Shown: positions 28,001-39,094 of the stretch, in pieces
How positions within the stretch are numbered: position 1 is the stretch's first letter
Layout of the letters: each line of letters opens with the position of its first letter
Origin: a virus
Taxonomy: Duplodnaviria; Caudoviricetes
Direction: 5' to 3' (one strand)
Length of the DNA: 45,205 bases
IMG/VR virus record: IMGVR_UViG_3300032233_001607
Location: 1 to 45,205 of that record
Position numbers and translations under genes: made by a program
Notes under the pieces: generated by a model
The model's database searches: none
What the model saw: only the letters and a program-made list of their open reading frames with translations
Told to the model about the DNA's origin: nothing

Positions 28001-31000
28001 ACATTAAGTAGTGCATTTTCTGCACTGCTTGCAAGTCTAATTAAATTTTCATCAACTTTTACAACATAAACACTTGAAGGTAATTTTGATGTTACCCCAA
28101 TACCTACAAATGATGTATCAGCAATGCCAATTGCTTGACTACTTCCTGCACCAGAATGACTATAGATGAGTTGTTCTCCAGTAACAAAGAAATGGTTTGA
28201 AAGTTGAATTGTATTATCTCCAACACTTACAATATTTGAATTATCTCCTTCAAAATCTCTTTGGAAGATTTTATCATTATTATGGTATAATTCAAATGAT
28301 TTTCTAACATCTCTCTCAGTTCCACTGTATGTGCCATACCTTGTTTCTATAGTGGTATTATCGAGTTCAATTATATCTTTTAAATCATCTTCATATCTTA
28401 ATGCATTCAAATAAACTTTTACGTCTACATTAATATTTGCTTCTGGCGTAAAAGTTAATTGTGTAATTGAAGTTCTTCGTGCTCCAATCGTACCAATTTC
28501 ATGCCCGTCCTCAGTAGAGATCTTGGCAAATTCTGAAATATAAACCTCAGATTCATCATCAACAACTGTCACTTCAGACAATTGATGAACGTTGTTTGTC
28601 AAATCGGATACTTGTACGATAAAATATGCTCCGTCATAATTATCTGGATAATCTGAGATCACTGTTTCTATTGGTGACGAAGTTGATGCAATAGAAACTG
28701 ATCTTGCCTCCAATCGGGCATGTTTCATATCGACAGTACCTATTCCTGAAGTTGAAGAATCTGCAATTGCAATAGCAATAGAGCTTACTGTAACACCAAC
28801 TCCAGCATTTGAAATGAAGTCAACTTTTAATTGAGATCCTGATAGGTATGGATGATACGTTCCAAACCCTGCATTTCCGTATTGGTCTATTGAGTTTGTT
28901 GTAAGTTGTCCGTAGTCTATGAATGAGACCTCATCACCATCATGAATAAGATTGATCTCATCATATTGATGTTTGTTATCTGCACTAACAATTTGAACAA
29001 ATATTTTAGATGATCTATATGTATCTGGAAGGTCTACAATATTTCTTGTAGATCCTGCTGCTATTGAAGTCTCGTGTACAATATCAACATCAACAATTCC
29101 GCCAAAATTTATTCCCCCAAAGGGAATTAAAAAATCTTTAATGTTATATTGCAATGTTGTTATATCATAATCATTTACCGAAAACTTAATTGGGTAAAAT
29201 AAAACCAAACCTTCAGAACCTTCAATACTAAAATCAAATGATCCAAGATCATATGAACTTTCAACTCTTCCATATTGATTTAAGTAACCGAAAGTGTTAT
29301 TGTGTAGAAGATTGACAAGCATTATCTGTCTTCTATCAATATATCTTTTGTCTCTTACATAAGAAATGTATTTAATTGCTCTATAGTCTGAAAGAAAAAA
29401 TCTATGAACTTCGCTAAACTTACTAGGTCTTGGATTACTGTTAAACTGTGGGCTTACATCATCAATTGAAAGAACTCTATTTCCAACAGATTCAAAATAA
29501 TCACTCAAAACTTTATTTTCAAAAGTAATTTCATTTGAAATTATTCTTGAATTATTATTCAATGAATTTTCTTTTACTAAATCAAAATCATAAAATGTGT
29601 TTAAATTAACAACACCAATTAAATCGGTAGTTACTTCAAATGATGTAAATTCAGTTGATAATCCAACTCTCAATGATTTTTCAGAACCGCTTGGAAGTTT
29701 TGATTCCATTTGCAGATCACCAAATTTTTTAAATCCAACCGAATGGTTTAAGGTACTGACAACATCATTCCAGTTATCAAATGGAATTTTTGATTTAATT
29801 GAGTATGAGAAATTTTGATAGTAATCGCTATCCTGCATTCTCTGTAGATTATCATTTAAAAATCCAGTTTCTCTTGTGGTGCCCTTAGATACTTTGGAAA
29901 AAGATCCCAAATTAAAAGTGGAGTCAAAAGAAGTTACTGTTGAGGTAATCCCAAGTGTTTTTGAGGTTAATCCTTGAATGTAATTTCCACTTTCAAATGT
30001 ATCCTTTGATGATACAATTAAGGTCTCTGTATTCACATTCCAATTTTCTACAACTCCACTATTCGATCCTGATACTACAACTTCTCCTGTATTGAAGTTA
30101 TTTTTCTTTAAAATTGAATTGAAAATTGGAAAATCCTTTTCTGCAATAATTCTTCCAGAAGAATTTGGAATATCAAAAGTTCCTGGATATTCTGATCCAT
30201 TTAATAGACCATCCAAACTGTATGCAACTGTTCCAATTCCCCCCAAATTTTGATCTACTGCTACAATGGTGAATAAATTATAATCATAATACTCTGAATT
30301 ATATCCCTTTCCTTCCGAATTGACGCCAACACTGATATTTTCAATCATAACCTTATCACCCACTGTAAATGGGAAAGAATTTGCAGTGCTAAATCCAACT
30401 GATAATGTTACTGTAACATTCTTATTTAAATCATTATAACTTATTGAAGAAATACCAACACCATTTGAATTATAAATTGGCAATATTCTTGGTGTTAAAG
30501 CACTTAGACCATAAGTATTTTGTAAAATTTCTATTTTAGAATTTCCAAGGTAATACCTAAGATCAGCTTCTGGTGTCAATTTATTAGTTTTTCCATCAAA
30601 TACCAATAATTTTGGTGCAGTATTATATCCTCTACCAAAAGAAGTAATGCCAATTGATTCAAATGAAGATAGTGCTTCAATTTTTATAATCTGTGGTAGT
30701 TTTGCGGTTGGACTTAGTGTTTTATCTGATGGAAAATCGAATCCAATATTTTGTGGATTAACTTTTGATATTTCTCCGATAGTATTGGAGAAAGTCTCTA
30801 CTAATGCGCCAATTCCCTCAGTCGATGCAATACTTGACAATGAAGGTAATGATTTATAATTTTTTCCTGAATTTTTAATTTGTACTTCAAATATTGGTCC
30901 ATTATCATTTAAGGAATTTGTGTGATATTTTATATCTGCAGTTGATGATCCATAAGAGACTGATTCTGGATACTTTGGAATATTGTATGAAAATGTCTTG

Positions 31001-34000
31001 TCCGTTAAATTATCAATAGTTACTAAGTGCTCTCCATTATATCCACTTCCATTCAATAAAATTCTATTATGATCTAAAATTGAAGTATCTGCAGATATTT
31101 CTTCTTTTTCTATTGGAAGAGTACTGTTATATACTGGAACAAGATTATAATAAAAATCTAATGGGAAATTTTTATTTGTACTTAAAACAACCCGTGCATC
31201 TGTAGAAATTCCTACAGATCCATATCTACTGATTTCGAAATTTTTATTCTCTCTAGTCTTTTCAAATATATCCTTAAGAGAAGAATCTACATAAAACTCC
31301 AATTTAAATGCAGAATATTGAGTTGCTTGCTTAACATATGAGAGGGATGGATCTGATAAATCAAATGTTAATGTCGAATCTTTATATGCATAGAGAGGTG
31401 GATTGATGGAAGATAATGTTCCACCAGAAGCACTGATAACATTTACTATTGCTGGATTTGATCCAATAGAATCATAATAATCTTCGCATAATTGAACTGT
31501 ATCATCATCTACTACAATAATATAATAGAGGTGATTATTAGATAACCCTAAAGATGGTGATGATGAGGTATAAACTACTTTTTGTCCTCTAGTAAAGTTA
31601 TGATTTGCAATGGTTATTGCACTTGTTAAAATATTGACATCTGTGGAAAGGAATAATTTTGGATCAGATACAACTTTTCTATGATAGTCATTATATTTTA
31701 AAACTATAGTTTTGTTATAAAATGGGTTAATATCAACAAAAACAGTATCTCCAGTTTTTAAATGATGAGTTTGTGCTGTGCTCACTGTAACAGTATTTTT
31801 TTCTACATTTCCAGTAAGTGTTGGATAATTTGTTTTAAAGCTATGATATACTCCAGTACCAATTCCAGTCAAGTACAATGTAGTTTGATTTCTTGTTGAA
31901 CTGGTAATTCCAACAAAAATTCCTGTTGATCCAACTCCAACTCTAACCGTTGCAATTCCAATCAAATTATTGTCAATTTTGGCAACATATAATTGATAAT
32001 TGTTTGTTAATGATAGTGACGTAGAAATGCCATTTGTAGACACTCCAAGGGCACTTCCACCATTTGTATTGTATATTATAGTGTCTCCCGTATTTAATCC
32101 ATGATTTGGAATTAAAATAGTTTTGGTTGGAATAAATGTGGTTGTGACACCAACTGAATTGTATTGGTAAACAGTATAACCAATACCAACGCCTGCTCTA
32201 GTGCCTATACCAACACATTCAACTGGATTGAAATATATTTGCCTATTTCTTATATAATTGTAAGAAGTTTGATATCCAACGTTTACTGATAATTTTTTGG
32301 TCTTTTCATAAAGGAAGTTGCCAGCAGTATAAGAAGTTCCGACAGTGGACTCATATTGACGTAAAACCCTTATTTGCGATCCATTTTTGTATACATTTAA
32401 TACTTTAACCCTTTCATTGCCAATAGTATATACATCGTTTTCCTTTATCTTTGGAAAATCTAAATTGCCAAAAACTGTAAAATATGTGACAATTCCAGTA
32501 TATCCAACTGTTCCAACACCAGATTTTAAAACTAATCTATTTGAAGATATTCCTGCCTCATAACTTCCATTTAAAAGAGATGATATTGTACTCAGACCTG
32601 AGATTGTGACAATATCAAGATTTTTGAATGAATGATAATTGTTAGAAAATAGGTCAAACTGTCCTACTTTATCTGCAGATGGGTATATCTCTGCAATATT
32701 TGAATATGTTGATGCAACACTTATAGAATTTACTTTTTTGCCTAGAATTTTATATACATTTACATCTAAACCAAACCCACCAGTATTTTCATTATTGAAG
32801 ACTAATTTGTCTCCAACTTTATAATTATTTCCTCCAGTTATAATTCCAATATTTTCAATAGATCCAGTCTTAGTTGATTTAACAGTAAATTTTTGATTTA
32901 ATTTATTGGGAATGTCAATGTAATTATATTGCGTATTTTCACTCAGAATATTATATGGATTTGTATTTCTTAATAAGTGGTCAATATTATAATCATCTTG
33001 ATTGGAAGTTGATTTGAAATTAAATTCATTTGGTTTTGAATTATAAAAATTTCCAATTAAATATGGGAAAACTGGTCTCTTATAAGTTGAAAACTTTCCT
33101 GAACCAGAAGAATCTGCTAGATCACTTACAGTTGAAAAATATGCATAAGTACCATTTGGAAATTCGGGAGTTACACAAAATCTTCCATTTTTTTCGTCCA
33201 AAATATTTTCACTACTAACTTTATAGTGAGTATAATCTTCTACAAAAAATCCTTCTGGAAAAATGTTTTGGGGCGGCCTATGTTCTTTCAATTCAAGAAT
33301 ATAACCAGATTTCAACTGAGTTACAACTCCTCCAGACTTAGTTGTATATCCATATGGGCCATATATTGGATTCCCATCATAAGCCCAACCAATAATTGGA
33401 GAATGGTCTGTAGAAGAAGACTCAATATTGGCAATCTTCTTCAGATCAGTTTTTCCATATAAAATTTTTCCACCTTGGTCTGATGAATAAACAACCTCTC
33501 TCAGTTTTCTTGGTGCATAAAGATGTGTATATTTGAGTTGATATTTAGAATCATATGCATCGGTAATAAATCCATCATCTGCAGTGATTGAATTGAAATG
33601 TTTTTGAAATAGATTAACCGTCCATTTCTTTATTTTTGCTCTAAATGATGCCAAAGATCCTGATGACAAAACAGAAATATAAGTAGACCCAGAAAAATAA
33701 GAAGTTCCACTACCAATTATTTTAACCGATACTATTGTTCCATTTACTATTACTGGAGTTAAAATTGCTCCAACTCCATTTCCAGTTATTACTAGATCTG
33801 GAGTGGAATTGTATCCACTTCCACCATTATTCACAATAACTTCTACTATTTTTCCATTAGAAATAATTGGAGTTAGTTGTGCTCCAGATCCGCTATTTAA
33901 TGTAATCAATGGCTGTTTTTCAAAATTCAATACGTCAGAAGATCCATATCCAACTCCATTATTACTCAAATGTACCGATGTAATACTTCCTTTAAAAATA

Positions 34001-37000
34001 GGAATTATTTTTGCATCAAACTTGTATCCATTTACTGATGAAATGCCAGTATTTTCCGAAATTTCTACTGAAATATTTGGATAATTAAAAATATGTGTTC
34101 CAGAACCTTTTGAGGTTAATTTGATATGTTGTTTTATTTTATAAAAATAATCTGATGATGAATTTTGAGAAGAAATGCCAACTCTTGATAATTTGAAATT
34201 ATTTTCGTCTATTGTGGTGACATAATAATTTTCATCATTTACTAGACCGCCAATAACTGATCCTGTTGTAGAATAATTTACTATTTCTCCACTTGAAAAT
34301 CCATGATATGGAATTTTAATTGAGTCTGATGACGTACTAATTCCACTTTGTTGAGATGTTCTTTTCTTATTTTCATAACCAGATCCTTGATTAGTTACTG
34401 TAATTGAAGAAACAACTAACTTTTTGTTGTAAGATTCAATATTTTGATATCCTGTTCCATATTGACTCAATGTAATTGTATTAATTCCTGATAACGCATC
34501 TTCAATATTATTATGGAGAGATATTCTATAAAAATCTTTAGAAGACACGTAGTAAGAAGAATCAGTAGTTAATCCTACAATTCCTTTTTGTCCGTTTGTT
34601 TTGTAGAGAATTTTTTCTCCTGTAGAAAATTTATGATAAGTTGTAAATCCAATTATCGATGCTGTTGCTCCAATAGAAACTTGTTTTGATCTTTCTTCAG
34701 CATTAAAAGTGACTGAGTGAGTAATCAACGTCATATTTGGAGATGCCTCAGCACCAACCCCATTACCTCCGGTAATTTTGATAGTTGGTTGAGTTACATA
34801 TCCAAAACCTGGATCCAATAATTTGATCTCGGAAAGAGATCCCTTTACCGAGCAATATCCAGTAGCTCCTATTCCAGATGTGTCGCTAATATTTAATACT
34901 GGTGGACTAATAATGTCATAGTTACTTCCAGAAGAAGACACTTCAATTTCTTCTATTGGTCCGTATAATATGACATCTTTTGATTTATAATTTAATATTT
35001 CTACTCCATTTATTAAAATGCCCGTGGTTCCTGGCAGAGTTTCGTGTGCTTTATTCTGATCTTTAATTGGAGGTTCAATAGATCTAATTAATTTTTGCGG
35101 AAGAAGAGTTTTTGATTTGAATCTATAAGGTAAAATTTTGTTTGAATTTACAGGAGTTGTATTGTCAAGAGTTATAAAAATTCCATCATTTAAATTTGAT
35201 TTGCTTCTTGCAAATTTAACATCCGTAGAACTAATTCTCTTTATATAATAAACTCCCTCATCAAAAAGTGATGATAATACAATATCTACTGTTTCTGTAT
35301 ATTCGCCATTGATTATAGTAGATGTGGATTTTTCTGGAGTATAATAAACAATATCTCCAGTATAGAATCCATGATCCGAATTTGAAGTTATTTGAAATGT
35401 ATCTCCAATAAAAGTTCCAGAAAATATTACTGACCCATCGGTAATATTTAATTTTTGATTGTCATAATATGGAAGAGAATTTGATGCAACAAAAGTAGAA
35501 TACTTTCCTTTGTATACATTCTGAACATTTGCATAAATTGAATTTAAATCTTGGAATGTTTGAGAATCTGCTTTAAGAATTAATCTTTTTATTGTATATG
35601 ATCCATTAATATCTAATTCTCCTTGTCCCTTAATAATAAAACTTTTTTCTGAAATTATGGAAGTAATCTTTGATTTTCTTACATTTGCAGAAAAATCTAT
35701 AATTTCGATTGAATCTCCAATTCTAAAAAAGTGATTATCATACAAATCAACAGAATATGTCTTATCGGATGAATCAACTAAAGATATTGATTTAACTTCA
35801 TAGAATGATGAATTGTTAAAAAACCAATTATTAGAAATAGGGTCTGTAGGATTTTCTCCTAAAGATCCAACTATAATACTATTATTTGGTAAAAGATTTG
35901 AACTTTTCTCAATGGACAAACCACTAATAACAGAAGTTATTCTTACTTGTATATTTTGGGTTGGATCAAGCGATGATTCTGCTAAACATATAACATTTAA
36001 ATCAATATTAGATCCATCTAAAATTGTACCATTAATACCACTACATCCAAAAAATTGAGTTAAAGATTTTGATGTATATGTAATAACTTCTAAAGTAGTA
36101 TCGCTATAGGTTACTACAAGATCACCTGAATCTGGAAACCCATTTGTAGAGTCTACATCCAAATACGATGCTCCTGCAGAAACTTCACCAATTAATTTTG
36201 TTCTTGGGTGTACTGCAAACTTTCCATAAACAGAACCATCACTTACAAGATCTCTGTTATATCCAGAATCTATGCTAAGTTGATAATATTTTTTTCCATC
36301 AATAGATAATATTTCTTGTGAAGAAGCAATTGGGGCATATGCATAAAAAATTACATCACCATACTCCATTTGCATTAGAGTTGCGTCTAGAAGTCCCTCA
36401 GGGTCTCCAGACAGTATCTCAACAACTAATTCATATGTTACTAGGTTGTTAGCATCTGAAGGTTTAAATAGGTATTCTTGCGGTCTGACGATACTTACAT
36501 CTTCGCCATACAAAGACTTAAAGAGAATAGTAAAGGATTTGTCTGTACCTTTACTTGCATAAAAATCTTTTGATTGCTTTAAGAATAATGATTGGTTTAG
36601 ACCAGAAAATAAACTCCTATCCTCAAATCCAGGTAGTAGTTGATATTTTGTTTTCTTTAAAAATTCATTCAGGAATAAAATACTCAGGTTCTCAATAGTA
36701 GATCCTGCAGGATGCTCTTCAGAATCAGTTTCTGTAAATATAAGTTCATTTGGAGAATTTTGTTTGGTTAAAGAAGTTATTCCACTAAAACCACGAACAC
36801 AACCAGTAAAGGAATCGAATGTTTTTCCAGTATAAGTTATAATTTCATTATTAATCTTTAGTAATCCATAGGAATCTGGAAATCCTTCCGTTCCTGTTGG
36901 ACTTTTAATTGTATCAACATATATCGTTTTTTCAATAAACGATATATCAGCACTTAAAATTGTACTCTTAGTTAGATTTGTTATCTCATCTAACTTAATA

Positions 37001-37161
37001 TATTTGTCAATATTTTGAATTAAATCATAAGATCCACCAGGAATTTCTTGTGATGTGTAATATGCAGATAAAAATTCAGCAACTAAAGGAAATTCTTCCC
37101 TTACATATGAAGGCAGTTGATTTTCAACAACGTTGCTTATTTGAATTCTGTTTTGTGTCAT
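25015..37161 (-). CDS. gp7: Giant baseplate wedge initiator (gp7-like, 4048 aa) with many accessory domains
   Basis: QLPSYVREEFP..AEFLSAYY, KDFYASKGT..SF.ILFKSLYG, QDSDYYQNFSYSIKS..W..V..LNHSVGFKKFG. Lies between gp6 and gp8. Confidence 0.88.
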   Translation of the reverse strand: MTQNRIQISNVVENQLPSYVREEFPLVAEFLSAYYTSQEIPGGSYDLIQNIDKYIKLDEITNLTKSTILSADISFIEKTIYVDTIKSPTGTEGFPDSYGLLKINNEIITYTGKTFDSFTGCVRGFSGITSLTKQNSPNELIFTETDSEEHPAGSTIENLSILFLNEFLKKTKYQLLPGFEDRSLFSGLNQSLFLKQSKDFYASKGTDKSFTILFKSLYGEDVSIVRPQEYLFKPSDANNLVTYELVVEILSGDPEGLLDATLMQMEYGDVIFYAYAPIASSQEILSIDGKKYYQLSIDSGYNRDLVSDGSVYGKFAVHPRTKLIGEVSAGASYLDVDSTNGFPDSGDLVVTYSDTTLEVITYTSKSLTQFFGCSGINGTILDGSNIDLNVICLAESSLDPTQNIQVRITSVISGLSIEKSSNLLPNNSIIVGSLGENPTDPISNNWFFNNSSFYEVKSISLVDSSDKTYSVDLYDNHFFRIGDSIEIIDFSANVRKSKITSIISEKSFIIKGQGELDINGSYTIKRLILKADSQTFQDLNSIYANVQNVYKGKYSTFVASNSLPYYDNQKLNITDGSVIFSGTFIGDTFQITSNSDHGFYTGDIVYYTPEKSTSTIINGEYTETVDIVLSSLFDEGVYYIKRISSTDVKFARSKSNLNDGIFITLDNTTPVNSNKILPYRFKSKTLLPQKLIRSIEPPIKDQNKAHETLPGTTGILINGVEILNYKSKDVILYGPIEEIEVSSSGSNYDIISPPVLNISDTSGIGATGYCSVKGSLSEIKLLDPGFGYVTQPTIKITGGNGVGAEASPNMTLITHSVTFNAEERSKQVSIGATASIIGFTTYHKFSTGEKILYKTNGQKGIVGLTTDSSYYVSSKDFYRISLHNNIEDALSGINTITLSQYGTGYQNIESYNKKLVVSSITVTNQGSGYENKKRTSQQSGISTSSDSIKIPYHGFSSGEIVNYSTTGSVIGGLVNDENYYVTTIDENNFKLSRVGISSQNSSSDYFYKIKQHIKLTSKGSGTHIFNYPNISVEISENTGISSVNGYKFDAKIIPIFKGSITSVHLSNNGVGYGSSDVLNFEKQPLITLNSGSGAQLTPIISNGKIVEVIVNNGGSGYNSTPDLVITGNGVGAILTPVIVNGTIVSVKIIGSGTSYFSGSTYISVLSSGSLASFRAKIKKWTVNLFQKHFNSITADDGFITDAYDSKYQLKYTHLYAPRKLREVVYSSDQGGKILYGKTDLKKIANIESSSTDHSPIIGWAYDGNPIYGPYGYTTKSGGVVTQLKSGYILELKEHRPPQNIFPEGFFVEDYTHYKVSSENILDEKNGRFCVTPEFPNGTYAYFSTVSDLADSSGSGKFSTYKRPVFPYLIGNFYNSKPNEFNFKSTSNQDDYNIDHLLRNTNPYNILSENTQYNYIDIPNKLNQKFTVKSTKTGSIENIGIITGGNNYKVGDKLVFNNENTGGFGLDVNVYKILGKKVNSISVASTYSNIAEIYPSADKVGQFDLFSNNYHSFKNLDIVTISGLSTISSLLNGSYEAGISSNRLVLKSGVGTVGYTGIVTYFTVFGNLDFPKIKENDVYTIGNERVKVLNVYKNGSQIRVLRQYESTVGTSYTAGNFLYEKTKKLSVNVGYQTSYNYIRNRQIYFNPVECVGIGTRAGVGIGYTVYQYNSVGVTTTFIPTKTILIPNHGLNTGDTIIYNTNGGSALGVSTNGISTSLSLTNNYQLYVAKIDNNLIGIATVRVGVGSTGIFVGITSSTRNQTTLYLTGIGTGVYHSFKTNYPTLTGNVEKNTVTVSTAQTHHLKTGDTVFVDINPFYNKTIVLKYNDYHRKVVSDPKLFLSTDVNILTSAITIANHNFTRGQKVVYTSSSPSLGLSNNHLYYIIVVDDDTVQLCEDYYDSIGSNPAIVNVISASGGTLSSINPPLYAYKDSTLTFDLSDPSLSYVKQATQYSAFKLEFYVDSSLKDIFEKTRENKNFEISRYGSVGISTDARVVLSTNKNFPLDFYYNLVPVYNSTLPIEKEEISADTSILDHNRILLNGSGYNGEHLVTIDNLTDKTFSYNIPKYPESVSYGSSTADIKYHTNSLNDNGPIFEVQIKNSGKNYKSLPSLSSIASTEGIGALVETFSNTIGEISKVNPQNIGFDFPSDKTLSPTAKLPQIIKIEALSSFESIGITSFGRGYNTAPKLLVFDGKTNKLTPEADLRYYLGNSKIEILQNTYGLSALTPRILPIYNSNGVGISSISYNDLNKNVTVTLSVGFSTANSFPFTVGDKVMIENISVGVNSEGKGYNSEYYDYNLFTIVAVDQNLGGIGTVAYSLDGLLNGSEYPGTFDIPNSSGRIIAEKDFPIFNSILKKNNFNTGEVVVSGSNSGVVENWNVNTETLIVSSKDTFESGNYIQGLTSKTLGITSTVTSFDSTFNLGSFSKVSKGTTRETGFLNDNLQRMQDSDYYQNFSYSIKSKIPFDNWNDVVSTLNHSVGFKKFGDLQMESKLPSGSEKSLRVGLSTEFTSFEVTTDLIGVVNLNTFYDFDLVKENSLNNNSRIISNEITFENKVLSDYFESVGNRVLSIDDVSPQFNSNPRPSKFSEVHRFFLSDYRAIKYISYVRDKRYIDRRQIMLVNLLHNNTFGYLNQYGRVESSYDLGSFDFSIEGSEGLVLFYPIKFSVNDYDITTLQYNIKDFLIPFGGINFGGIVDVDIVHETSIAAGSTRNIVDLPDTYRSSKIFVQIVSADNKHQYDEINLIHDGDEVSFIDYGQLTTNSIDQYGNAGFGTYHPYLSGSQLKVDFISNAGVGVTVSSIAIAIADSSTSGIGTVDMKHARLEARSVSIASTSSPIETVISDYPDNYDGAYFIVQVSDLTNNVHQLSEVTVVDDESEVYISEFAKISTEDGHEIGTIGARRTSITQLTFTPEANINVDVKVYLNALRYEDDLKDIIELDNTTIETRYGTYSGTERDVRKSFELYHNNDKIFQRDFEGDNSNIVSVGDNTIQLSNHFFVTGEQLIYSHSGAGSSQAIGIADTSFVGIGVTSKLPSSVYVVKVDENLIRLASSAENALLNVPKTLNITNVGVGTSHTLSSTNQNAKVIIALDNIIQSPIVATALTSSLSQSITTTDDVLYFTGISSFFGGDLIKIGNEIMKIQSVGAGITNAIRVQRPWLGTPLAGYSTGSMVTKVTGNYNIIANTLNFVEAPYGNLPYSSTTNAPDDRDWSGISTGSHFQGRSFLRSGKPNSSEETYSHNYIFDDISTQFDGSKRSFNLKSNQSNVTGISTENAVVLINDIFQGPGLTYDYTLQETSGITSVRFTGTATSFRSDVNTSNLPVGGVIISVGSFEGFGYQPLVSAGGTATVSIAGTISSISIGNSGSGYRSGSQVVRVGVGTSSVSTPNIQFIGTAVVSGGHVVSIAITNPGTGYTSSNRPYVIIDAPLPYSDIPLKYISGTTGFGTEATVDIVVGQGSSVIDFEIKNNGYGYGQGDILTLPTGGVTGIPTTSGFNQFTVTVQKTFSDKFTGWSLGELQVLDKLDDLFDGSEVVFPLKVSKNLITIRSERGSNVNVQDTLLIFINDTLQVPGKAYIFNGGSKITFTEPPKQGDSSKILFYKGSGVLDVIERNILETVKYGDDLTLGYDASIGQSNILQETSRTVTSVNATDNVSTNPYFGPGNTEDETLYRTVTWTKQTKDKIIDGRYIGKDRTLYEPSINPFAYLIKPVGIGSTIIYVDNIRPFFNPQNENNVSLEFQKQITLVSQNEKISAAATSIVSSAGTITQLVLNQGGMGYHTSPIVTIQSPVGLGTTQRASGITSISTLTGIVTSISLTGFGTGYSQNNPPVVLIEPPTTDEETNEVGEYKGDSGVIVGFGLTTTLALENKIILDLHIPNDSYLRSTNVAGIAVTLSSLSVGDYFIVYNSNVGSATTVIYSGNTNGGFVAIGTQFVDNVYQVDTSEIIQRNITGIGTTNLRRVFARIIGISSLTFSSSVITFDSGVLKFDSAVGLGSTSYTGIVTSSNYFGNFSWGKITLPYRSEENNFDFYGTNGIGGISTSAFVRRTIPLKYTSYIQ

Positions 37162-37165
37162 TTGA

Positions 37166-39094
37166 TTATGATCTTACTAAGTTCCCGGTATTATAGCTTG
37201 AAGTAACAATATAGTTTGATGCAGAAGGGTCAAGTCCTGATGAAACTTCATCAATAACCATTTCAAAAATACTCTTACTTATATCTAGTTGCAAATATAA
37301 ATCCTGTAATCCAACTACGTCATTTGACTGCGGAATTGCAGAAATTTCTATAATAGATTGACCGTCCTTTATTTTGCCAGTTGAAGTAAAATTAATTGGA
37401 TTCAATGTTATAATTCCTTTTGTATAATCTATTTTTCCAACATTACTCTTGACAATTGTTGTACTAACTGAACCTGGTGATGGTACATTAAAGAAAAATA
37501 ATGAACCAGTTGTTCTGTTAGTATTTGGAATATCTGAAAGATATAGATCTTGGTTTATTCCATTAATTCTGAATACTGATGATTTTATATTATAACCACT
37601 CATACTGCTTATATGTAATTGGTTGCCAAATCCAATACTATATTCTGCAAGAGAATTGATTACAATTCTAAGATCCCTCCTAATCTGAATATTTGTAATG
37701 TTTGACGTTACAGATTCGTGGCTATCATCAAGTATTTTAAGAAATTTGCTATATTTAAATCTTGCACCATACTTATTTAACTCAGTTGATTCGGCATACT
37801 TATTTGCATTATCCTGAATGACAGAGGAAACATATGCAGAACTCTGTGCCAGATTTGTATTGTAGTAAATTTTTGAGTTAACTTCCAAATAAAGATATTT
37901 TAAGTCAATTATTTCTGGAACAATCCCAGCAACTGCATACTTCTTTAATTTTAATTTAATATTATTCTTGATTAAATTGGGTAAAAATTCACCAGATCTC
38001 GGTTTGATACTGATAAAAACTTTTCCGTACTGAGGTGGAATTAATTCTTCACCACCAAATACAGAAATAGATTCAGTTTCTGGATATATCTTTTCTGGAA
38101 TTATAGTTTCAAAATCATTAGCAGTTAATGCTCTATTTTGTGACGAGTAAATTCTAGGAGCATATTTGCGAATTGATTCTACCGATTCAATATTCTCACC
38201 ACCAGATGAAACTAATCCAGTTGAAAGTAACGATAGTCCAGAACTTACTGTATATTCCGCAGAGTTTCTTGTGTATACAATTCTACCAGAGAATCCAAAT
38301 TGAGAAATTCCATTTGCACTGTCTCCATTTGTGACAATGTATGATGCTTCAATGAAATTTCCTTCTTCAAGTTTCTTTCCGAATACTCCATCACCGAATA
38401 GTAACTCATATCTTTCATCTTCAACTTCTTGAATATAATATACTTTTGAGTCACTCTTAATATCAAACAAACTATCTTGAAGACTATACTTCACTGACAC
38501 TGAAGATTGTTCTCCATTTCTTATAATCACAGAAAGAAGAGATGTATCAATATTTCCGTTAGGAAGTATAAATTTTCTTGTTGGGTATCTTGCGTTATAT
38601 GTAAAGTTATTTGTTAATAATACTCCTTCATAAATTTCAATGTCATTAAAAGAGGCAATATTGTCAAATACTGGAACTGTAATATCATCTAGTATTGAAA
38701 ATACAAATGATTGATTACCAAAAGAACCCGCACTCGATGCAACAGGACCTCTCTTCAGTGTTAATGATACTGGTACTGGAGTAATATTTGATGTATCTAC
38801 AAAAAAACTAACAGTTGCTCTTGCAGCTTTCTTTGATCTTGGAACATATCCAATATTTCTTGCAAGCGAAACAACATTCTCTCTTAAGGTAGCACTATCA
38901 ATGAATGATTCATTTGCAACCATGCTAGCATTATATGATGTAATATAGGTGTTATATGCCAGCATATCCAAAATCGTTGAGAGATTGGATCCTTCGAAGT
39001 TATAATCAACAAAAGTATCAGTTGACCTTAAGTAATCTCTAATCGTTGTCTTTATCTGGTCAAAATCCAGATTTGAAAAATTTGATAGTGACAT
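37166..39094 (-). CDS. gp6: Baseplate wedge protein
   Basis: LDFDQIK, DYNFEGS, LAYNTY, DSATLRENVVSLARNIGYVPRS, QNRALTANDF, GKVFISIKP. Confidence 0.96.
   Translation of the reverse strand: MSLSNFSNLDFDQIKTTIRDYLRSTDTFVDYNFEGSNLSTILDMLAYNTYITSYNASMVANESFIDSATLRENVVSLARNIGYVPRSKKAARATVSFFVDTSNITPVPVSLTLKRGPVASSAGSFGNQSFVFSILDDITVPVFDNIASFNDIEIYEGVLLTNNFTYNARYPTRKFILPNGNIDTSLLSVIIRNGEQSSVSVKYSLQDSLFDIKSDSKVYYIQEVEDERYELLFGDGVFGKKLEEGNFIEASYIVTNGDSANGISQFGFSGRIVYTRNSAEYTVSSGLSLLSTGLVSSGGENIESVESIRKYAPRIYSSQNRALTANDFETIIPEKIYPETESISVFGGEELIPPQYGKVFISIKPRSGEFLPNLIKNNIKLKLKKYAVAGIVPEIIDLKYLYLEVNSKIYYNTNLAQSSAYVSSVIQDNANKYAESTELNKYGARFKYSKFLKILDDSHESVTSNITNIQIRRDLRIVINSLAEYSIGFGNQLHISSMSGYNIKSSVFRINGINQDLYLSDIPNTNRTTGSLFFFNVPSPGSVSTTIVKSNVGKIDYTKGIITLNPINFTSTGKIKDGQSIIEISAIPQSNDVVGLQDLYLQLDISKSIFEMVIDEVSSGLDPSASNYIVTSSYNTGNLVRS

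Noticed and set aside
13475-37161. Diversity-generating retroelement or invertible segment acting on fibre genes
   Set aside because: No reverse transcriptase or recombinase in the window, and I saw no adenine-variant repeat pair or flanking inverted repeats by eye.
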